From the NCBI GenBank assembly GCA_030704615.1, contig CM060734.1, positions 49,042,001 to 49,106,000 of the forward strand: 64,000 nucleotides of DNA, given 5' to 3'. Made by a program: the position numbers and the translations under genes. Position 1 is the stretch's first letter, and each line of letters begins with the position of its first letter. This stretch comes from Takakia lepidozioides (Eukaryota; Plantae; Bryophyta). Below are positions 53,779 through 64,000 of the stretch, one piece after another. A model generated the notes under the pieces. The model was not told where the DNA came from. It was given only the letters and a program-made list of their open reading frames with translations, and made no database searches.

Positions 53779-54313
53779 GTAGATGACTTGCTGTTTCTGG
53801 AATGTGGTGAAAGTTCAATCCGGTATCGCAAATCTGAATTTAGGTTGGTTTCAACTGTGAGTATGCAAAGGGTACAACCATGGTGTGTAATGTGTAGTTG
53901 GAACATTGTCACTACCAAACATTTCAATTCAATAGCAGCATTCGTGAGGTTGTTGAATGATATGGCAGACCTTCTCCCTCCATTATGCTTCCAATTGTAT
54001 AATATGTGTGCTCTCTTTGGCAATTTTATGGAGCTCATGCATCATTGGTCCTGTGGGTGTCTACATGTGCTTCTTTCCAATGTTATCCGAATTGTCAATG
54101 TTATTTGGGGAGAGTCAGGGTGTCCCTATGTCGTCATGTACACCACTAAATTTGCGAGGTTAGTTTGTCGTCCTAGTAATTGCAAAATTGTCAAAATTAC
54201 AGCATTAATTTCACTTATTCTGGAATGGACGCCACAGTTGTGGGCTTATTTCCCGATTCGGATGTTCCATGGTAGTTTTCATGTTATTCACCAAACTATT
54301 GCCTAACATATCC

Positions 54314-57300
54314 CACGGTCATAGGACCCTCGGTAATAGGCTCTTTATGTTTCCGCTGACGTGGCGGATGCTGACGTGTCGCCACATCAGCACCCAACTC
54401 CATGTCAGCTTGCTGACATCAAGCTCATGCCACGTCAGCAGGACTGCGGGCTCACGCCACCTCAGCAGGCATGAGCGTACCCTCACGCGCAAGGCTCACG
54501 CCGTTGCGTTGTTGCCTCCGGTCTGGTCTGGTCTTCTGTGGTTTGGTCTTGTCTGGTGTGGTGTGGTCTGGTGTGGGGTGGTCTGGTCTTTTCTGGTCTT
54601 GTCTGGTGTGCTCTGGTATGCTCTGGTCTGCTTTCCACCGCAGCGGTCTGCTCTGGGAAGGTGGACGGTGGGAAGGTCTGCATGTGATGTAAGATGGGTG
54701 CCCGTTGATCTGGAAAGGTCTGCTCATGGAAGGTGTTGTGGAAGTTGTTATCTGGAAAGGTCTGCATAAGCAAGGTCTCCCCGGTAATTTCGGGTAAGGT
54801 GTGCAATGCCTCCACGAAAGTTTGTTTTGGCAATGACAAGTTTTTGTCACCCAAACGAGTCTCACAAAGTCTGGCCAACGATTCGAGAAAAAAGGCCTCG
54901 GACTTTGGGTGTCCCACCACATTGTCTGGCTGGGGAGTACTGACAATCTAGTCGGGGGTCTGCTATTCATTGTTCTCCATCGACAAGGTCTGCTGGTTCG
55001 CTTGTCGGTACTTGGGATTTTGTTGGGAAGGGTCTGCTCGCTCCACGGTCTGCTCGCTGCGGTCCTCTTGGGTCTCCATGGGAGTTGGGTTCTGTGTAGA
55101 TGAAGGGTCTGCTGTTGTACGAACTCCAATGAGCCTGCATTTAACGGATGACTCGACGCCAGTATGGCCACGAAGGGCTCTTAGAAGCTCCCTTGCGCCA
55201 TTGGCGTATTGGTCAGGAGTATTCTGAACAAGCTCGTCCTCCAGGTCATACTCTGCTACATGTCACAAACATGCCAGAAACAAAGCACTCATCCCTGGTC
55301 TGCTAACAAATGGAAGAATATATGGGGGTTTGCTGCTTGACGTGGTCTGCTTCAGAACGTCTGTTGGTTGTCATGGTTCACATGGTCTGGGATAAAGTCT
55401 GCGAGAAGGTCTGCGTTCATGGTCACCGACAAGGTGTGTTAAAAAGGTTTGTTAAGGTCTGTTAACAAAGTCTGTTAGGTCTGATGACATACCATGATCT
55501 AGGACTGTGGTTCACAACCCAATATCTTTCATGAGCCGATCCATGAAGACCTCGTCAAGCTCTCCCAGACTTGCAACACGGTCCTCTACTGGAGACCCGC
55601 TCCAAAGCACTTGGAAAGCATGTCGTTTGTTGAATGCAATGTCCAAAACCGCACGCACCTGCACAGTCACAAACCACATCATGGCGTCTTGCGTGATACT
55701 TTCCCGAGCCTCTTCGCTTCCGTGCAATAGGTCCATCCGCAGGTGGTGAAGGTCTTTTTTTTATTTGGTGTAAGACCTGAAATTGCCAAATTGCATCCAT
55801 TGACGGCGGAGGAAACAATGTGCCATCTCCTGAAAAGCACTCTCTGTCAAGCTCGCTAAGTGCTTCGGACGAACACCAAATATTGGGTGGGCGATGGTCA
55901 TGTGCCTTATCTCCAGTGGGCGTGGGTTGTGCATGAGAGAGCTGTTTGAGGGTGTGATTCATCCATGGGGGTGTCCGAGTCTAGGTTTATGTCATGTACC
56001 GGCGAGGCGTACCCAATGGGCACTACTACGTTTAAGGGGGTTTAGCGACGTAGGGACCCTAGGCGCGCCGAACGCGCCGACCCCCCTGCGACTGCAGCGT
56101 CGCGCAGACGCCCGGCCCGGGACTTGCGATGTCGGGGCGTCGCAACGCCGGCGCTCGGACGACATTGTGGCATCTTGCGATGCCATGCAGTCGCCGGAAA
56201 GGGGCCTGACCCCATTCCCCCGCCAACGCACTGGGGGGTTGCGACGCCCCTAGGATGTAGCGACGTCGGGGAATCGCAATGAGGCGTCGCAATGCCGCAA
56301 CCCAGTGACGCTTTTGGACGGCGGGGAATCTAAATAAATAAATAAATAAAAATAAATTCGGGCATTGCAATTCCCCGCCATCGTTGAATCGCCCGGCCGA
56401 CGCAAAAGCATCGCTGGGCTGCAGCGCTGCGATTTTCTTGCGTCCTGGGGCGTCGCGGAAAATTGATTCTGGGAGCAGATTGTAGAGCATAATGGGCTTG
56501 GCATCCTCAGACTACAGCCATTGTCCAACAATAAGTTGCAATGCAGCTTTGCAAAACTTATACCATTAATAGATATTTGTTCTTGAAGAACTCTGGGGAT
56601 AAGTCTCGGTGCAAGTTCTAGCTGTGAGAGCTCTTGTAGAGTACGCATAATCTGCAACACAATGATAAGATTGAGATAGTGGTAGTCACTAGGAGCTAAC
56701 TCTTGATATGTATATGTATACTTGGACTACTTTTGTGATACATAGATGTATTATAGATTTGTTGGTTAGTGTGTAGTGTCTTATAAATGTTATAATATGG
56801 AGGTCCTAGGTTCAAGTATGCATTGCCTAATATAAAACAATATGTGAACTACCATTGGATAAAACCGGAGTCAATGGTCACCCAACGCCGAGTCAATGGT
56901 CAATTAGTTTTTGAAATTCAAATTCAAATTTTCTCACCTAAATTCAAATGTACCCCCCTAAACTGTGACGTCGGGGGGGTCGCATTTACGACCCCCGGAC
57001 GTCCCTAATGCGGCGTCGCATTATTTATTTATTATTATTTTTTGTGGCTTGTGATGCCTGGACGTCGCAAGTCGCGCCGACGCCGCGGCCGGGGGGTCCT
57101 GGGGGTTTGCGATTCCCTGATGACACTAATTAGCGACATTCCGGGAGCGACGTCTCTGCGACTTCCCGACGTCGCAAAATTCCCCCGACGCGCCCCGGGC
57201 TCCGTAGAGTATTTCCGTCGCTAATCGCGGCGGTTGGAGGTCGCTGGGGCATCGCTAACACCCCCCCCCCCAAACGTAGTAGTGGGGGTCGTTCACCAAG

Positions 57301-58100
57301 TACGGTCTCACAATTAGTCGCGGCGGCTCCGTCGACATGTCATGAATATGATCCTCCTCTTCATGGGAGTCTTCCTCACTTGAGTCATCCCCACTGGATG
57401 ACAAAGTTCAAACGGCAGCCTGCGGTCTACTGGTGCTAGTCTGCTGGGACCGATCTGGTTGCAATTTTTTGCTACTCACTCTCATATGCCCTGCCAGTAT
57501 TGGTACTGGCAGATCTGTGACTTTTGCGCTCTACATTTTTTTAGCTCCATCACTGAGCTTCATTTTCTTCACTGGCACAACGCGGCCGGGGCCCAGCAGG
57601 CCAGCTTCAGTGTAATAACGCTGCTGCACTTCCTCAGCAGACCGAGCGACGGCAGGTGCACCCCTACACTTTGCAGTGATTTCTTTTGCAGCCTTAGACG
57701 AACTTGGCTTGGGCCAAGGCTTGAAGTTCTCACGGAACATACCTTTGCATCCTCTATCAAGGACATGGCGGTTTAGAGTCTCTTTGTCCTTGACAATATC
57801 GGGGCAAAAGGGGCACTGAAACTGATCCTTTGGCCAGTTCTCTTTCTCCTTCGCTACACGCAAGTCCAAAAATGATTCTACTATTTTAGCATCATACTCA
57901 CTGGGGGATGCTGAAGCGTGAGCATGTGAGCGTGAGCACGTGAGTGCAGCCACGCTCACGCCACATCAGCAGTTCTCGCCACCTAGGCGGCCGCGTCTGA
58001 CTCCACGTCATCACACCCTGCCAGCTTGGTAGATGCCACGTCACGGCAGGTTGACGTCATTTCCATAGGCAGCAACCTATAACGGAGGGCCGAAAAGGTG
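54314..58100 (-). mobile_element. Repeat-bounded segment carrying a degenerate antisense zinc-finger gene (element class uncertain)
   Basis: Imperfect inverted ends CAC...CCCTCGGTAATAGG and CAC...CCCTCCGTTATAGG. TGACGTGGC/GCCACGTCA clusters at both ends. FQCPFCPDIVKDKETLNRHVLDRGC in ORF 57531-57959. (GGTCT/GGTGT)n at 54520-54630. Confidence 0.4.
56021..57284. mobile_element. Non-autonomous CACTA (EnSpm) element
   Basis: Perfect 13-bp TIR CACTACTACGTTT / AAACGTAGTAGTG. 3-bp TSD GGG at 56018-56020 and 57285-57287. Dense GCGAC/GTCGC subterminal repeats and an AT-rich core. Confidence 0.95.
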
Positions 58101-59373
58101 GAAGGGGGCCCATAGCCGCGGAATTGCACATTCGGCTCAAAGGGAACATATGTGGGCGATGTTGTTGAATGATTATGTTTGCAGAGACCGAATATACAAT
58201 GGTTGTGGATGAATTAATGAGGATGACAGACAGTGAATGTGGATGCCATGCTGCGAATGAGGATGGATATGGATGAGTAGTTATGGTTGAATGTGGATGA
58301 AATCCAGTGGATGAATGAGCAATGAGAGAATCCCTCATGAAGCACATGATAAGATTTAACCAATGTCTGCCATATGGGGAAAGGTCGACCTATGAAACCT
58401 ATGTAGAATAAGACAACACAGCAGATGCCAGGCACATATTCCATTCTTTGATATTTTCCCACTGGTTACTGGAGCATTTTCCATGTGCAGCACGCTTCAC
58501 TTTTGTTTTCCTCTTCAGTGTCGACACATAGTGAGCCATTTCAGTACCACACTGGAGGAACGCACCATATCTCCACACTGAAGTGGCTGTGGACTGTCAA
58601 TGTGACCTGGTCGCCTTGCTAGTGAGGTACAATGTGCTAATATCTGTCGATAGAGCACCAACATTTTCAAGCTTATTCATTAGTTGTAAGCATACCCATT
58701 AAAGTTGTGCATGAGGAGTTCGAGGTTCTTGTTTGACCCATAACCAATTGTAGGCATCAGTGTCGTGCCCTTCATCTAGCGCTGAAGCCAATAGTGCATA
58801 CATAATGCAACCATAAGGCTTGCAACTAAAACGTGTGCTCAAAATGACTAAGTGAAGACATAAATACAAAATGAAGTCATATTTGCAAATGCATACAAGC
58901 CTTGAACTTGAGGAACGAGCATTCAACTACATTACTAGGAACACACATGCCTGCGCATGCATTGTATTAGATAAATGTGTTGGAACACAATAGGTCTGGC
59001 AGTTGCCATATGCCCCGAACCAAAACCGGACTACATTGACGCATGGTCTCAATCACTACAACTATCCCCCGAAACTGTGGCACTATCAGACACGAAAACC
59101 CGAGCTCCTAGGTGTTTTTTCTGCTTCCGAGCACACGAGGGAGATTTGTTCATCAACTGATGTTGAGCAATGGCCTCAGCGTACTCTGGCAGGATGTACG
59201 AACGTGGAGGGCTGCACCAGAAGTCAAACTGAAAAACATTGACGTAGAGCAAAGGGATAGCTTCCAATATCCTGAAAACCAACGTGAACGCAATGCATTA
59301 GCAAACATAGAAGAAAAGGGAATGGTGGGGGGTTCTGTTCGAGAACTAAGATTCATACACAATTTCAACTTAC

Positions 59374-62300
59374 TCACATGCGAAATCGTCGTCCAGGTCT
59401 TTCTCATCCACTTCGGTGTTATCCACATGCACCGTACCCTCCTGTTCCTGGACAGCAGGGGCTGGCCCTTGCAAGCCTGCAATGATGTCATTGAAAATAT
59501 CCGCATCCCCTTCCATACCAAACAAATGCTTGCCCCCCGTCTTGCAAGCATGGTACGAAGCTCCTGCAAGACGCTATACTGTTAGCAAGATATAACAATA
59601 TCTGCAACAAGAAGAGAACAACAGAGAATGATGGGGGTCTAACCTGTCCCAAGAGTGAGGTCCACGATGCGCGACCCCGGATGAGAGCATGTCTCTATAA
59701 TTGTCTGAATAAAAGTTGGGCTCTTCTCCTTCGCCCCTCTCCATGGTGTGGAATTTGACTTTCTCAAGCACACATTAGAATCGACGTAATTGTAGTGAAT
59801 GTCGTCTACCACAGGATCAAACCTATCGTTGATAAAACAACCTCCCCCATGAAGCCTGAATTCCTTCACTGATGCAGGAGTGGAAGGCGGGTGAATCCTG
59901 ATGAGGCACATGACTTCAAAAAGGCGGGTTTGCTCAAAAAGACATCACGAATGACATAAGAAATGATGCAAAATCCCACAAAGATGACAGCGATTTCCCC
60001 CATCCGGAATTGAGTGCGTCAACGTACTCAATTCCAGAGGGGCCGAATTGCACACAAATTGAAAAAGGAAAGGGAAGGAGGATTACCATTTGTCCCGGAC
60101 AGTCACCCTTTGTCAGGTACAAGCTGTTCACTCCATTCCATGTTTTGATGATCTTCATCCCCAAGGCCTTCAGATAGCTTGAAATCTCCCAACGACATTT
60201 TGTAGTGATGGACTGAATCATAACCAAACCCCCCCCATCCGACAGAAACAATTTGCAAAAAGAGAAGACCCACCGCCAGTACCTTTCGGCAAATGCATTC
60301 CAAGTTGGGCAAGTGCCAGTGGGGAGAATGTTTGGTACCGCTTGTCTGTCCGGAATGTCAACAATCACCATGTCTGCAGCACACGGTTTCTGAGCACCAT
60401 TCACCCAATCCCGCCCCGACGAGACCTGCAAACAACGCTGACCAAACTTGAAAATCACATCGAAGATGAGAAATATGCAACAGTAAAGGTGGGAATTTTA
60501 CAGCAGTGAAGATGAGAGATTTGCTTACCGACTCAAGAAAAGCACTCATCTTAACCCACGTTGGAGAGGGATCTCCAGTGTAACCACCTTTCCTGGTCTC
60601 CATCATGGCAAGGAAGGAGTCGTTTACAAGCCCGAATCTGCATTCTCGGTTGATTCGAAATGGGTGTTTCACAGCGTCGTATGGCTCAAACTTCCCCTTG
60701 TGTTTGCGATCCTTGGTTGCAATTGGGGTCTGGGAACCAACACCTACTGCAGCATCTTCTTGGGCGCTCTTCTCCTTCCCTTTGTCCTTTGTGCCCTTTC
60801 CCTTCCCCTTCCCTCTCGCCGGAGTGTGTGTGGCTGCAGGTTCCTTCTCAGCAAGGTTTCGTAGGTTTCTGTCATGCAATTCCATGTCTGCTAGAGGAGC
60901 CAAGGACTCGGCATTGTCGTTCTGGTTCCGTGTCTGCAACTCATACCATGGGCAATCTGATTTTGGTATGTCGAGATACCAGCAGCAGTCTTTGAGGTGA
61001 TATGTACCGTAATCCCTGAGGATTGCTGCAGTGTACATGGTGTGGCCGTTGGAGGAGTCAGCCCACAAGTCGATGAAGCATGGGTACTTGCTTAGGTTGT
61101 TCCCAGGAATCAGAACGTTCTTGATATACCTACAAAACAATGCAGGCACAGTATCAGAAAGTGGATGAGAAACTATATGATTTGTGGCCAGAACTGATCC
61201 AACCCTCCAAAATGTGTGCGTTGACGCACTCAATTGTGGAGGGCCATAAAGGAAGAAGGTGATCCTGCTTAGTTCAAATGACCCACTTGTACAGGTTCCT
61301 TTTCATGGCTCCCTCGGCTCCAAACTGCTGCTCGAACTCTTTTGTCCGGGATATGCCCCCCTCATTGGCAAACACTCTGAAGAAACAGTTACTCCACGCT
61401 GTCGCCTTCCACTGTCTCAAGTAATCCTCCATAGTATCTTCGGGCAAGGTCATCGTTATCTTGTAAGCATGTACTGTTTCTCCAACACCTGGTTCGCACG
61501 AGCTTCAATCTATGAACAGACAGAATACAAACGTTAAAGTCCATACTAGGGAAGATTCTTTTGTAAATTTAACATATGGCAGTCCACAACATTACCTGGC
61601 TCCAGTACGTGGCTTTGTGCAGCCATGTATCAAAAACTTGATTGCTGAATGGCCTGATGTGGCCAGTATTTTCGTCTCTTTCCTCCCTTGGGAAGCAATA
61701 TGTGTCCTTCACTGTTGAGTCAGAATTCCAAATCTCCAACCATTTAACATTCTGCTCGGAATCCACCACTGCAGTTGACAAACGATGCAGCTTTTCCTGT
61801 GTCATCTCTGGCTTCGTATTGTTGTTCCAGTGGTTCCTCACCTCATTCAAGAATTGAGGCCCAAAGGCAGGGTCTGCCATTCTTAGCTGTTTCACAAAGG
61901 CGCTCATGATCTTCTTATGAGTCTCATTCATCTTTAACTTCATTGCTTCAGCCACTCCTTTCGATGTTCTTATCCCCTCGGGGGTTTTGAAGTAGTACTC
62001 TATTTTGGCCCTCTCCCCAACCTCCGCTATCTCTTGCTGCAAAAACCAATCCAAAATCAGATAGAAGAATAATTTGAATTGTACTAGAATATGGAAGTGC
62101 TAGGTGATGATATACTACCGTGTACATGTATTCCATGAATGCTCCCCTTGTCAGCTTGTACCATGTGTCCGAAGTTTTGGAGGTCTGGCATTTCGCAAAG
62201 GTTTCTAGACTGAGGATGCTCTTGAATGTGCTGAGGGGCATTTGGCCAATATTCTGGATCCTGAACAGGGTGTGTACCAGGTTTGTTGTAACATGGGCGG

Positions 62301-64000
62301 TTTCAGTTCCCCTGCCACAAGCAGTGGTATGTCATGACATGTCCGATTTGACTCCCAAACACATGAGGGAAAGAACCGAGTTATTTCAGGAAAGACACAT
62401 ACTTGTTCACGTCATGCATTGTTGTCAAGAGCGCAGTGATGTTTCCCTTGGGATCCAGCACCATGGAGGCCACACAATAGTGCCACTCCTCCTCAGTGCT
62501 ATGATACCTCGATATCATGTTCTGCCAGGCTAGCAATCGGTGGTTGCCATCCCAGACATGGAACATCTTGCCCGAGAAAGCCTGTGTAACAAGCCTCTTG
62601 CAAATGCTTGATTCAAACTCCTCGTTGATACGTCGCCAAATTGGATCCCAGCCTCCAACAATGGTCTCGTCTACTAAAACTTCCCTGCCATTGGCGTCGC
62701 CCAACAAGACGTAAAACACAGACTGACCCTCTATGTAGCCATGGCAAAAATCCTGTTCCAGCTTAGCAATGTCATTCGTGAGTGCTGGTCGGATGAACGG
62801 CATGGAGATCAACTTGCACAGTGGGATCATTAATTTACCCCCAGGAACGCCCATGGCCTTGATGACTTGGGCAGAGTTCACTTTCGAGAACGACAACAGA
62901 TCTTTTGCCCCGTTCTGGTATGGCCTGCCATCGTCTTCCTCCTCTACAACAAGAAGTTCGTGCTCTTCATCGTCATCCATCTCCAGGGGAACACCTCTCC
63001 TTTTCTTCGCCTGCATTGAAATAGAAAAATTCTCCATGTAAAAGCAATGTCACAAATTGAGTGCGTTGATGCACCCATTTATGATGCCTCTACAGACTAT
63101 GCATGTGCATTGTTTTCAGAAATGAGAGACCCATACGCAAGAGACTGTGCTTAAGTACTAACCCAGAGATTGCGTGCGTCAACGCACATAATTTCGGTGG
63201 GTTCTCTGAAGTGTCTCTCGTGGATTTAAGACGATCTTCTTGTGCTCACCCATTCGACCTTTCAGATCTGTTTAGAGCTCTGGATGTCCATAACAGCACC
63301 CTCTGAAATTGAGTGCGTTGACGCACGCATTTCTGAAGCCTCTACAGACTGTACATCCTCTTTTCAACTTCAAGATGCGCATGTGCATTGATCTCAAAAA
63401 TGACAGACCGATACTTAGGAGAATGTTCTTCAGAGAACCCATGGAAATTGCATGCGTTAACGCACACAGTTTCGGAGGGTGCAATGAAGAGTTTCTCGTC
63501 AGATCTGTTTAGAGCTCTACGTGTCCCTAAGAGCACCCTCCAAAATTGTGTGCGTTGACGCACGCAATTTATGGGGTTTCTTTTAGGGACATTCAGAGAT
63601 TTCTGTAGCTGATATCAGTAAACGAATAATGCAGCCCATCTCCCTCTATTGATGGCTCCATTTAGAGATGCTGAGTGCAGAAAGTGGCTTTGAGAGTACC
63701 TCCAGAAACTGCGTGCGTTGACGCACGCAATTTTCAGGAGGTGCTCTCAAAGGCCCTGCTATATAGCCCACGTTGATGTCCGTCACTCCACTCTGAAGTG
63801 GAAAAGGACAATAATGCAGGGCATGAAATTGCATGCGTCAGCGCATGCAATTTCATGCCCTTCAAACTGCAGCAGAATACAGGAAGGAAGATCATAACCT
63901 GCGGTGCTTTCGGGGGGGGGCACTCCCTGAAGCCTTGGTTGCAGCGGCAATGGAGGTCTGCGCAGCCTGCTTCCTCTTCGGAGTCGCCTCCTTCTCAACA
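59374..64000 (-). CDS. Spliced gene B: ParB-like domain, central region and beta-class N4C/N6A DNA methyltransferase fold; 5' end outside the window, one frameshift
   Basis: Exons ~64000-63899, 63010-62404 (FHVWDGNHRLLAW, matching GxxRxxA), 62313-62120, 62036-61596, 61509-~61290 (frameshift ~61470), 61128-60529, 60425-60088 (DMVIVDIPD; LSDGGGL), ~59935-59643 (EKSPTFIQTIIETCSHPGSRIVDLTLGT) and 59563-59374 (GASYHACKTGGKHLFGMEGD). Confidence 0.75.
63055..63861. repeat. Array B: seven 26-bp imperfect palindromes, consensus AATTG(C/A/T)GTGCGTTGACGCACGCAATT, in the intron 5' of the ParB exon
   Basis: Copies start at 63055, 63168, 63307, 63446, 63544, 63707 and 63827; the last extends to a hairpin with perfect 20-bp arms (63818-63861). 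Two more copies lie in downstream introns at 60008 and 61210. Confidence 0.9.

Noticed and set aside
53788-54306. 172-aa ORF after the SWIM domain
   Set aside because: Non-ATG start and no recognisable domain; likely incidental.

Overview
Eukaryotic, intron-rich plant nuclear DNA, most likely from a non-seed land plant (bryophyte or lycophyte grade; inferred, not proven). The left ~41 kb holds five apparently intact genes: an ectodomain-less LRR-XII-like receptor (pseudo)kinase, ribophorin I/OST1 (-), the GRIP golgin (+), PsbP-domain protein PPD7 (-) and an STY13/Raf22-like kinase (+). It also holds gene fragments (CYP37-like, aquaporin-like, prohibitin), a rearranged partial duplicate of ribophorin I, and intronic SINE, LINE and MITE insertions. 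The right ~20 kb is a nest of mobile DNA: a degenerate GCM-DDE-SWIM Mutator-type transposase with an LTR-retroelement fragment inserted, a clean non-autonomous CACTA element, and two paralogous spliced genes with a ParB-like domain. The right-hand paralog continues into a beta-class N4C/N6A DNA-methyltransferase fold. The most striking observation is that each ParB-like gene carries its own array of 24-26 bp palindromes just 5' of its ParB exon, and the two arrays have different sequences. This resembles a ParB/parS-like protein-site pair coupled to a DNA amino-methyltransferase inside plant mobile DNA. All protein assignments are by eye from motifs; no searches were run.
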